A DNA stretch of 47,029 nt from a bacterium. GTDB taxonomy: Bacteria; SM23-31. The stretch is from positions 1 to 47,029 of the forward strand of contig CBDFMG010000001.1 of assembly GCA_965249485.1 (NCBI GenBank). Reading direction: 5' to 3'. This document shows, one piece after another, positions 1 through 8,122 of this stretch (positions are counted from its first letter, which is position 1; the number at the start of each line of letters is the position of its first letter). Made by a program: the position numbers and the translations under genes. The notes under the pieces were generated by a model. That model was not told the DNA's origin. It was given only the letters and a program-made list of their open reading frames with translations, and did no database searches.

Positions 1-49
1 GCACAAATAGTCTCTGTTATAATTCCATGCTAAAAGATACCTTGAGTGA

Positions 50-283
50 GTGGAATTAAAAGCTATCCTGGTCCTGGGCACTGTTTTAAAACAGAAGCGA
101 AAACAAAAAAATATCACACAATCAAAACTGGCAGAAATTTGTGATCTGCATGAAGACTATATCGTTAAGATTGAACGAGGTAAAAGGCAACCTTCGATTT
201 CGACACTGTTCAAAATTGCCGATGGTCTCAATACTCCTGCGGCCACCATCATAAAAAAAGTAGACCAACTCCGACACAAATAA
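50..283 (+). CDS. XRE-family helix-turn-helix regulator
   Basis: 77 aa; ITQSKLAEICDLHEDYIVKIERGKRQPSISTLFKIADGL is a typical HTH_3/XRE signature. Confidence 0.85.
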   Translation: MELKAILVLGTVLKQKRKQKNITQSKLAEICDLHEDYIVKIERGKRQPSISTLFKIADGLNTPAATIIKKVDQLRHK

Positions 284-330
284 GCCCCTGGAGGGGGCGG
301 GGGTGGCAACAATTAAAGAAGGTCTCTCTT

Positions 331-1650
331 TCAGTAATATTTTATCCAGGTATTCTCTTCCTTCCGATAGCCGTTCAGCTCAAGGAACTTGTCGAAGGCG
401 ATATCCCGTTTGCTTTCCGCCCACAGGTCTTTCCATTCGGCCAGGTCCTTTTCAGCTAAGGGCTTCTTTTTCGGAGGGTTGACTATTGGAAGCGGGATCT
501 GGGCAGCAATAGTTTCCTTTTTTTCCAGCTCGATAATTTTGTCTATGAATATTCCTCCGAGAAGTGCTTTATAAAGATAGCCGCCTTTATTTTCCTTTTT
601 CGGAGTTTTCTTGTTCCACAGCTCTTTGTTGAATTCCGCCTCACAAAGCCAAATCGTTTTTCTAACGTAGTATTCCGACCAGCAGTAATCACTTCCCTCG
701 ATGATTGAGGCCTGATGAGCGATGGATTTGGTGATATTCTGGACTTTTCCAATGGGAAACTCATACTTGAAGTACAACACCTTTTGCCAATCCCTGGTTA
801 AGTTTTCTTTAAGTTCTTTTTCCAGCTCCGAATCCGGCTTAAAATTCAATCGGATTCCTTTCACGCCCCCGCCCCGGCCGGGGCCACCCCGGATGATTTT
901 CCATTCAAATTCTACCCACTTGTTATCGAACTCGGCTTTGATTACATCCAGCACCCTTTTTTTTAAGTCCTTAAACTGTTTGTATTTGCCTTTAAGCCCC
1001 AAGGCTTCTTTGAGCTCATCTAGGTCGATGTCAATTTGCCTAAGGCCCTTACGCTGCGCCTCTTTGATGACCCAATACATGCGGTTGGAAGCTTCACTTT
1101 TCAAAGCCCGCAATAGGTTAAGTTCACCGGCCAGGTAATATTCCCTGGCCATCACCAGGGCCCGCTTGAAATGCCGGTGCAGCTCGATTGACATTTTACC
1201 CCTGCTATATTCAACCACAGGGAAAGGACCAATATGGGCGGATTTGTCCTTTTTTCCAGTGATGGCAAAATAATTTTCCTTGGTCAGGTAAAGGGTCTTT
1301 TTGGTGAGGCTCTCTCCTATCCGGCGGGCATGACTGGGAGCATTCAGCATCGCATTTTGCTCGGAACTATCGGTCAGGTTCTTATAGGGGATATTATACA
1401 CCATCCGGTTCGGATCCATGGCGTGGTTGATGGCCATGATCTCATGGTAGATACGCATTTCGGCCAGTTTGAAGGTTTCCTTTGCATTTACTAGCAGATT
1501 AGGCTTTATTACAGGCAGAGAGCTGTGATGTACTTTGCTAAAGGATAACCTGTTTCCTTGAAAACCAAAGGTCAACTGAATATTCTTATTCTGTGCATTG
1601 AGAGTAGCCATAAAATAAATAAAACGGCAAAGGTAAGCTTTAAGGGACAT
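331..1650 (-). CDS. Plasmid replication initiator, Rep_3/RepB family (Rep1); true start possibly 1611
   Basis: ALKSEASNRMYWVIK...IDLDELKEALGLKGKYKQFKDLKKRVLD...EW..R.G....GIRLNF matches the Rep_3 winged-helix pattern; iteron-like repeats lie upstream. Confidence 0.8.
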   Translation of the reverse strand: MSLKAYLCRFIYFMATLNAQNKNIQLTFGFQGNRLSFSKVHHSSLPVIKPNLLVNAKETFKLAEMRIYHEIMAINHAMDPNRMVYNIPYKNLTDSSEQNAMLNAPSHARRIGESLTKKTLYLTKENYFAITGKKDKSAHIGPFPVVEYSRGKMSIELHRHFKRALVMAREYYLAGELNLLRALKSEASNRMYWVIKEAQRKGLRQIDIDLDELKEALGLKGKYKQFKDLKKRVLDVIKAEFDNKWVEFEWKIIRGGPGRGGGVKGIRLNFKPDSELEKELKENLTRDWQKVLYFKYEFPIGKVQNITKSIAHQASIIEGSDYCWSEYYVRKTIWLCEAEFNKELWNKKTPKKENKGGYLYKALLGGIFIDKIIELEKKETIAAQIPLPIVNPPKKKPLAEKDLAEWKDLWAESKRDIAFDKFLELNGYRKEENTWIKYY

Positions 1651-1709
1651 ATGAAATCATTATGTCCTTTATTTAACTGGGAAGATGTCAATTAATAAAA
1701 AATAAAAAC

Positions 1710-1830
1710 TAATACAATTGTCCCCTTATTCCAGCTAATACCGTTGTCTCTTTATTAATACGATAGTCCCTTATTCTTAATACCACTGTCCCTTTAAAGT
1801 ACTTTAAACTAATACCGCTGTCCCTTTATT
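1710..1830. repeat. Iteron set A: 5 degenerate ~21-bp repeats, consensus TAATACnnTGTCCCTTTATT
   Basis: Copies begin at about 1710, 1736, 1756, 1778 and 1810, upstream of rep1 and followed by an AT-rich tract. Confidence 0.7.
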
Positions 1831-1926
1831 CTATTGTAAAGAGTTGTAAACAAACAAGTTACATAGCCTTTAATAAGATTATATAATAAATAGTTAAATT
1901 GATTCCAAACACTAAACCAAACGCTA

Positions 1927-2347
1927 AAACAAGGAGAAAAATCTCTTCCCCAAATCGATTTTTCACTTTTTCCAATGGCCTACACACCTCACCCCAACAA
2001 ATAAAAAAAAAGGAAAACTGAATCTTCTTCTCCATTCTGAACTTTCCCCCTCCATTCGGCTGGCAAAACCCCGCAAACCCAAAACCCGGCTTCGCTCGTT
2101 CGCTCAGTCCAGACATTTGCCAGCCATTCGGTGCGGGCTTCTGGCAGGCTCCTGCTGCTCCGTCTCCCGCAAGGCCCGTGCGCCCCCGGAGCTCGGCCAG
2201 CTTTCGATTTAAGGGAAGAAAATAAAAAATGGTTAGAGGGATGGCAAGCGGGGCCTGTGGGCCCCAGAAACCCCCTCTGAGAGGAGATCTCTGCTGCGGG
2301 GTAGTGGGGGGGATCAAAACGGGAGATGCTCGCTCAGAGCGCCTTGA
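1927..2347. repeat. Conserved hairpin-rich backbone element C1, copy 1
   Basis: Starts AAAACAAGGAGAAAAATCTCTTC and ends GCTCGCTCAGAGCGCC; recurs at 18228, 34151, 44231 and partially at 25128. Confidence 0.85.
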
Positions 2348-2370
2348 GAGGGTTTGTGTGGATTTGGCTT

Positions 2371-2398
2371 ATTTAACATAATAAAACTTATCTAACTC
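2371..2398 (-). other. dif/cer-like Xer recombination site
   Basis: Minus strand reads GAGTTAGATAA-GTTTTA-TTATGTTAAAT: exact E. coli XerD arm, 6-bp spacer and XerC-like arm. Confidence 0.75.
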
Positions 2399-2498
2399 TC
2401 CAGATTGCGATATTCGGGCGCAGGGACGGATTCGCTTCAGATACACGATTCTCAGGGCCTTTAAATTGTACTTTTCGAAGACATCTCTTGTGAAATTT

Positions 2499-2846
2499 TC
2501 AAAAGAGTTTCAGGGCACCCAGCAGCAGAGAAAGGGCAACAAACATGACACCCATCATCCAGCGGGTGTTTACGGCCTGGTCCCTGATCATCTTCTCTAC
2601 CTGTCCGAAGCGTTCTCTGGTGGTTTCTTCCATCTGTTCGAACCGTTTGTCTACCTGCTGGAAACGCTGTTCAAAGCGCTGCTCCAGGTGCCGGATATCT
2701 TCTCTGGTAGCCTTTTGCAACTGCTCAATATCCTGTTTGGTAGCCAGCTGTTCTGTGATCTCGGCCAGGATCTGGGCCTGCTCTTCGGCCGTGGCAGGTT
2801 GCATGCCGGCTTTGATGAGCCGTTTGGAGATGGTAAGGGTATTCAT
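2499..2846 (-). CDS. DUF1640/CCDC90 (Bdr-like) membrane-anchored coiled-coil protein, copy 1 (115 aa)
   Basis: Head MNTLTISKRLIKAGM..AEEQA, neck LATKQD, (L/V)E/DQRF repeats and C-terminal TM segment RWMMGVMFVALSLLLGALKLF. Confidence 0.8.
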   Translation of the reverse strand: MNTLTISKRLIKAGMQPATAEEQAQILAEITEQLATKQDIEQLQKATREDIRHLEQRFEQRFQQVDKRFEQMEETTRERFGQVEKMIRDQAVNTRWMMGVMFVALSLLLGALKLF

Positions 2847-2868
2847 CTTTGAGCTATGAACTTGTTAG

Positions 2869-2899
2869 CAAAGGTGGCAAAGAGCGGCGGGCTTTGCAA
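2869..2899 (-). promoter_or_regulatory. Bacteroidota-type sigma70 promoter of the DUF1640 gene (similar sequence precedes the other full copies)
   Basis: Minus strand TTG-N20-CACCTTTG is a near match to the -33/-7 consensus TTG...TAnnTTTG; the same spacing occurs at 39611-39641. Confidence 0.55.
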
Positions 2900-3240
2900 G
2901 TGAATCACTGGGGCGTTATTGCTAAGATTGCCCAGGCTATGAACCTCAATAAGAAGGTTTATATAAGGCCCATAAATGCAGTGCGGGAAAACAGTAAAAG
3001 AGAACTTAGCAAGTTGGATGACCCTGTGGTTTGCTCCATTCCTGGAACGAAGCGCTGAGGGGTGTGTCCGAAGGAACGCCAGCCGCTATTGTGTGGCTCG
3101 TGACGAAGCAGAACTTAGGAATTTTGAAAGAGATTGAATTTCTTTTTGTAAACACCAACCAGGTACCCGGCAAAATCTCCTCCTGGGGACTTACCCCGAA
3201 CCCCGCCAAAGGTGTGCCCTCCGGTCGTGGCCTCCAGACA

Positions 3241-3317
3241 CGTAAGAACTCAATCATACCAGTAAAGTTCGGTTTTCTTCCTGACACTGGAAGCCCCCTG
3301 GGTGTCCAACACACCAA
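3241..3317. repeat. Structured repeat E3, copy 1
   Basis: Near-identical to 4493-4570; stems GAACT/AGTTC, CTTCC/GGAAG and GGTGT/ACACC. Confidence 0.75.
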
Positions 3318-3346
3318 AGGATGCTTCATCTGCTCTCTTGCAAATT

Positions 3347-3469
3347 ATGGAATTAAAAATGAGTGATTTCAAGTCTTACATCGATCAGAGATTCACTTCC
3401 ATCCAATGGATGATCGGCATAGCATTTACAGTGCTGGGTATCCTGATGGTAATACTGAAACTCTTCTGA
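3347..3469 (+). pseudogene. 5'-truncated paralog of the 4722-4967 DUF1640-like gene (40-aa ORF)
   Basis: MELKMSDFKSYIDQRFTSIQWMIGIAFTVLGILMVILKLF; DNA from 3317 (AAGGATGCTTC) aligns with 4761 onward. Confidence 0.65.
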
Positions 3470-3476
3470 AGAATTT

Positions 3477-3497
3477 AGGGGCTTCGGCCCCTTTTTT
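3477..3497 (+). terminator. Intrinsic terminator
   Basis: AGGGGC-TTCG-GCCCCT followed by a T run. Confidence 0.75.
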
Positions 3498-3597
3498 ATT
3501 TGTTGAGTCTAGACTCGAAATTTTTTTGGAAATACCATAGACCTGCAAAAAAATTATGGCCTGGCATTGGCTTTCCTTACCATACTCATGGCCATTT

Positions 3598-4122
3598 TCA
3601 ATTTTCTGAAACCGGGGGCCTGGTTCCCCCTTTTTCACTGCCCTTTCTCCAGTCCCAGGGTGCTACCGGGTTTGATTGCTGCCATAATCCTCTACCCTTC
3701 TGGCGTGCTTCGGATTCCAGTGCAGCGGCTTTGATGTCGTCGGAGTACTGTTTATAATGCCAGGCATAGCCGGCAGCAAGTAACTCATAATCAAGGCTTT
3801 TTCCATTCACTGTAACCACAGCGATCAGCCGGCCATAACGGTCTGTGTCGATTACTTCCACCGACACATATTCCCCAGAAACCAGGCCGTTGGTAAACTC
3901 CCTTGCTTCCTTGCCATACTTCTGTTTCTGTTCCGGACAATCGACGTGTGCAAGTCTGACGCGAATTTCCTTTCCGCCATTTCCCCCCTCCAGGATCGCA
4001 AAGGTGTCCCCGTCAAACACCCGATTCACTTTTGCACGTCGTGAGCCATCCTGCCCCAAAATGATGTGCGATACCCCTGTCAGAATCAGCACCATGTAAA
4101 GACCAGACAATTTCATATTCAT
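3598..4122 (-). CDS. Thermonuclease (SNase family), probably exported
   Basis: Motifs VFDGDTF, VRLAHVDCPE, DRYGRL, AAGYAW and ARQKGRGLW; hydrophobic N-terminus. Confidence 0.92.
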   Translation of the reverse strand: MNMKLSGLYMVLILTGVSHIILGQDGSRRAKVNRVFDGDTFAILEGGNGGKEIRVRLAHVDCPEQKQKYGKEAREFTNGLVSGEYVSVEVIDTDRYGRLIAVVTVNGKSLDYELLAAGYAWHYKQYSDDIKAAALESEARQKGRGLWQQSNPVAPWDWRKGSEKGGTRPPVSEN

Positions 4123-4492
4123 TCCCTCAGACTTATTTTTAATAAGCAATCGGGAGATGATCCTGGATAATCTTCCAATCGGTTTGTAACCCGTACGGGG
4201 AGTTCTTTGTATTCGATGATCAGGGGAAGAATGTCAGGGTCAGACTGGAAGAAAGCAAGGCGGTGCCGATGAAGGCAAAAGCCATCAACCTCTATTCCCC
4301 GACAGAGACGAAACAAAATTCTGAGCAGTTGATCAAGGAATGCAAGGCCCTGAATTGAATCGGAATAGTTTTTTAAATTCACATAATGCAAAATCAATAC
4401 AAATTTTTTTCCAAAGGGGCAGAATCACCAGTAGAATCTGCAAGTAAAATTTTCTGAAAAAAACAAGCCCGACCCCGGAAAATCGGTCATGC

Positions 4493-4570
4493 CGTAAGAA
4501 CTCAATCATACCAGTAAAGTTCGGTTTTCTTCCTGACACTGGAAGCCCCCCTGGGTGTCCAACACACCAA
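4493..4570. repeat. Structured repeat E3, copy 2
   Basis: Direct repeat of 3241-3317. Confidence 0.75.
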
Positions 4571-4721
4571 GATAGAACCTGAAAAAACCACCCTGTTTCG
4601 GTTTCCTACGGACTACCTCCGATTTTTTCAATCTCCATCTTGCCATTAGTCTGAAAGAACCACTGACCGTTAACCGGAAATTACTGATATGATCAATTGT
4701 TTCACGTAAATTTGTAGTATT

Positions 4722-4967
4722 ATGGATTTTGAATTTCGTAAATTGGAGAAAGATGCAGGCAAGGATGCTTCGTCTGCTCTGTTGCAAATTATGGAGTTGA
4801 AAATGAGTGATTTCAAGTCTTACATCGATCAAAGGTTTGAACAGGTTGATCAGAGGTTTGAGCAAGCTGACAAGCATTTCACTACCATTCAATGGATGAT
4901 TGGTCTTAGTGTTACATTCCTTGCCATACTCATGACCATTTTCAACTTCCTGAAACTGGGGGCCTAG
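4722..4967 (+). CDS. Second-class small coiled-coil protein with C-terminal TM anchor (DUF1640-like)
   Basis: IDQRFEQ-VDQRFEQ heptads followed by QWMIGLSVTFLAILMTIF. Confidence 0.7.
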   Translation: MDFEFRKLEKDAGKDASSALLQIMELKMSDFKSYIDQRFEQVDQRFEQADKHFTTIQWMIGLSVTFLAILMTIFNFLKLGA

Positions 4968-5435
4968 CTCCCCCCTTCACCTTTTGGTCAGAACGATTTT
5001 CTCACCACCATACCACGATAGAGGATCATGAGGACTTCTGTGCTGTCATCCCTGGCGCGGGCGGCGGACCTTCTCATTCAATATGATGTTTTGTTCAACG
5101 CGAAAATTCAAACTCGTTCCTTTGCCGAGATTCAATGCCATTTCCCCCACCGGACCTGCTCCGTAAATCAAACGTTGGGGATCACGTGAGGGTATGATAC
5201 CCTTGATCGTTTGTTTTTTCACCACCGCGGCCGCGCCCAGAAAAAACACCAGCTTGCCGTCAAAATCCAGCAGCCTGAACTTTGCCCCAAACCTGAGGGG
5301 AATTCTTTCAATTCGAACCCCCTTGTATTTTTGCTGGTGAAAGGCCGCCGCGGTTTCCACAAAGAGACGAGGGTAGCCTTACCAGAAAATCGGACAGTTT
5401 AAAAATGAACAAATTTAGTACCTTAAACTGAAATA

Positions 5436-7352
5436 ATGCAAAATCTATTAGACGAACTAACCAATGCACTCAAAGAGGATCAAAGACTTATAGTGGATGG
5501 GAGGCTGGTAAAAAACAAGATTGTAGAGCTTGGTCTGGCATTGGATGAAGGCCTTATTAAGTTGCTACTAAAAAGCCCCTCAATTAAAAAGCATTTCTTG
5601 CGTGAAGTGAAGGGTGCACTGGTATTTGATAAGATAGAATTTCAAAAATTTGTTTCCAATAAAGAATTTCTGCCAGACAGCTATACGGCGTTCAAAAACA
5701 AGATTGGATTAACAGCTAATAGAGAATACCTCACGGAAGCCAAGGAAGTCGTATTAGCATGGCCTTACAAGGACTGCGTACTGGAAGGAGGACAGACGAG
5801 AGAGGATGAGAAACGGAAAGAGATTTTCTGGAATACCACCCTGGCACCGGATGAAATAGACCGACTTTTATCTCCTAAAGTGTTCACTAACTTCAAACGA
5901 TTTGATAAGAAAGGAAAATATGATGTTGACAACATCACCATTAAAGACAACCTCATCATTAAAGGCAACAATCTATTAGCGCTGGAATCATTGAAGAAAA
6001 TATATGCAGGGGAAATAAAACTCATCTATATAGACCCCCCATACAATACCGGCGGAGACAGTTTTCAGTATAATGACAGCTTCAACCATTCGGCATGGCT
6101 AACATTCATGAAAAACCGCCTGGAAGTTGCAAAAGAATTACTTGCACCCGGGGGATCTATTTGGATTAACATTGATGATAACGAGCTTGCCTACCTCATT
6201 GTTCTTTTGGATGAATTATTCGGTCGCTCTAATATGCTCAGTATCGTATCTATTAAAAGGAGTGCCCCTACTGGCCATAAGGCCATCAATCCAGCACCAA
6301 TTTCTGTTTCAGATTTTCTTGTAGGTTATGCCAAGAATAAACCGCTCTGGAATTACAAGATTACCTACACAAAGCGTGAGTACGATAGGGCATACAATCG
6401 CTTTATTGAAAACTATGATGAAGACTATTCAAAGTGGTCCTCCATAACGGTAAAAGAAGCATTGTCTCGGCTCAATCTTGAATCGATTGAAGATCTAATT
6501 ACTAAACACCCGGAACGGATAATAAGGTTTGCGGAGCCAAACTATAAAGGTGTCGGCAAAGAGACACGATCATTGATTGATAAATCAAAGAAGGACACCG
6601 ACAAGGTATTCAAACAAACCCGTGAAGACCATGCGGATATATACTTGAAAAGCGGCCAGCGTATCTTGTTTTATAAGGATAAACTGAAAGAAATTGGCGG
6701 TAAATTGGTAACAGCAGAGCCACTTACCAACTTTTGGTCGGACATCCCTTTTCAGGGCATAGCCAAAGAGGGCAGGGTAACTCTTTTGAAAGGCAAGAAA
6801 CCCGAATATTTATTGAAGCGCATCATCGAATTCTCGACTGACCCAGGGGATATTGTTCTTGACTTCTTTGTGGGCAGTGGCTCTACTCCCGCAGTTGCCT
6901 TGAAACTAAACCGACAGTTTATTGGCATTGAGCAACTCGATTACGGTAATAACTCAGCTGAGCAGCGCCTAATCAATTGTATAAAAGGGGACAGTTCTGG
7001 AATTTCCAAATTAGTTGGTTACAAAGGGGATGGCAACTTTGTATCATTTGAACTTAAAACCCTCAACCAAATGTATGTGGAAGCCATCACCCAATCATCA
7101 AAAACTGAGGTCATTGTTAAGATTTTTAAAAAGCTCAAAGAGGCTGGTGATCTTCGCTTTGAAGTCAACCTTCAGTCCTTTGATTTGGAACAATTCCAAT
7201 CATTCCCACTTAAAAAACAAAAAGAAATTCTATTGGAGTGTCTCGATTTGAATAGTCTTTATTTGAATCATTCTGAAATTGATGATACAAGCTATCAAGT
7301 TTCGGAAGAAGACAAGAAACTCAACGCCATCTTTTATAATCTAAATTTTTAG
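5436..7352 (+). CDS. mod: Type III R-M methyltransferase subunit (N6-adenine, beta class)
   Basis: IYIDPPYNTG (motif IV) precedes GKKPE and DFFVGSGST (motif I); lies in an operon with res. Confidence 0.92.
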   Translation: MQNLLDELTNALKEDQRLIVDGRLVKNKIVELGLALDEGLIKLLLKSPSIKKHFLREVKGALVFDKIEFQKFVSNKEFLPDSYTAFKNKIGLTANREYLTEAKEVVLAWPYKDCVLEGGQTREDEKRKEIFWNTTLAPDEIDRLLSPKVFTNFKRFDKKGKYDVDNITIKDNLIIKGNNLLALESLKKIYAGEIKLIYIDPPYNTGGDSFQYNDSFNHSAWLTFMKNRLEVAKELLAPGGSIWINIDDNELAYLIVLLDELFGRSNMLSIVSIKRSAPTGHKAINPAPISVSDFLVGYAKNKPLWNYKITYTKREYDRAYNRFIENYDEDYSKWSSITVKEALSRLNLESIEDLITKHPERIIRFAEPNYKGVGKETRSLIDKSKKDTDKVFKQTREDHADIYLKSGQRILFYKDKLKEIGGKLVTAEPLTNFWSDIPFQGIAKEGRVTLLKGKKPEYLLKRIIEFSTDPGDIVLDFFVGSGSTPAVALKLNRQFIGIEQLDYGNNSAEQRLINCIKGDSSGISKLVGYKGDGNFVSFELKTLNQMYVEAITQSSKTEVIVKIFKKLKEAGDLRFEVNLQSFDLEQFQSFPLKKQKEILLECLDLNSLYLNHSEIDDTSYQVSEEDKKLNAIFYNLNF

Positions 7353-7354
7353 TA

Positions 7355-8119
7355 ATGTCCTACTACAAAACCAACGCACTATATGAAGCATTACAATCCG
7401 CAGGTGCGTCTCATTTCAAATTTGTAGTAGGAGATGCTTGGCAGCTTGTTTATGGCGACAATCAGTGCAATCCCTTACTATTGGTTTTTGCCAAAGGTGT
7501 TCCATCCGAACAACTCAATTCTCAACTTCCCGATGAGGATTTGGAAGCCGCTAAACTTTTCCGGCATTGTTCTGAAAAGACACGGCTACCTCTTGCAGTT
7601 GTCAAATTCCCCGTTGATACGGAAGAAGTAAAAGAAGTTCGCTTTACAACCGGAACAGAATTTGAAACCATTTCTATGCAGGATTTATCTGCCCGCTATG
7701 GTAGATATGGATTACCAGTCAGCGACACTGCAACAGACAAATACCTTAACGATAAGACATCAAGTGCCTACCATAATTGGCAGCGTCAAAGTTTGGGCAG
7801 GGAACCTACAGTATCAGATATCGACCTTTGGAAACTGGATAATGATGGCAATCCGCAAATTATCCTCGAATTAAAACGTTCTTTCATCTCCCTTGAGAAA
7901 TGGGAACCCTTTAGAGATGATTATAGGAACTTCTGTCTCATTTCTAATTTATGCAACGCTGCAGGGATTAGCTTCCTGATTACTTACAACATCATGGTCA
8001 AAGAGCCACAATTCAAGGATGACCCGGCCCAAATTGCCCTATTTGACATTGACTTCTCAAAAACCCCACCAATCACAAAAAGAAGCATTGTAACTTTTGA
8101 AGAGTTTCTCAATATTTAG
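7355..8119 (+). CDS. Hypothetical protein with putative C-terminal PD-(D/E)XK nuclease fold, inside the type III R-M operon
   Basis: 254 aa; 2-3 nt gaps to mod and res; SDIDLW...IILELKRS motif. Confidence 0.6.
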   Translation: MSYYKTNALYEALQSAGASHFKFVVGDAWQLVYGDNQCNPLLLVFAKGVPSEQLNSQLPDEDLEAAKLFRHCSEKTRLPLAVVKFPVDTEEVKEVRFTTGTEFETISMQDLSARYGRYGLPVSDTATDKYLNDKTSSAYHNWQRQSLGREPTVSDIDLWKLDNDGNPQIILELKRSFISLEKWEPFRDDYRNFCLISNLCNAAGISFLITYNIMVKEPQFKDDPAQIALFDIDFSKTPPITKRSIVTFEEFLNI

Positions 8120-8122
8120 CCC

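Noticed and set aside
1859..2317. ORFs across C1, E2 and E3 (e.g. 1859-2317, 3006-3329, 34148-34450, 38904-39143, 44228-44721)
   Set aside because: Frames and lengths are not conserved among copies; they are low-complexity translations of GC-rich hairpin DNA.
2545..2859. Plus-strand ORFs antisense to the DUF1640 genes
   Set aside because: Shadow frames of a repetitive coding strand, with variable starts and ends.
5046..5360. Possible beta-barrel gene fragment
   Set aside because: No clear start, signal peptide or recognisable motif; too weak to call.
5436..7352. Phase-variable mod (phasevarion)
   Set aside because: No simple-sequence repeat tract seen in the ORF or its leader.
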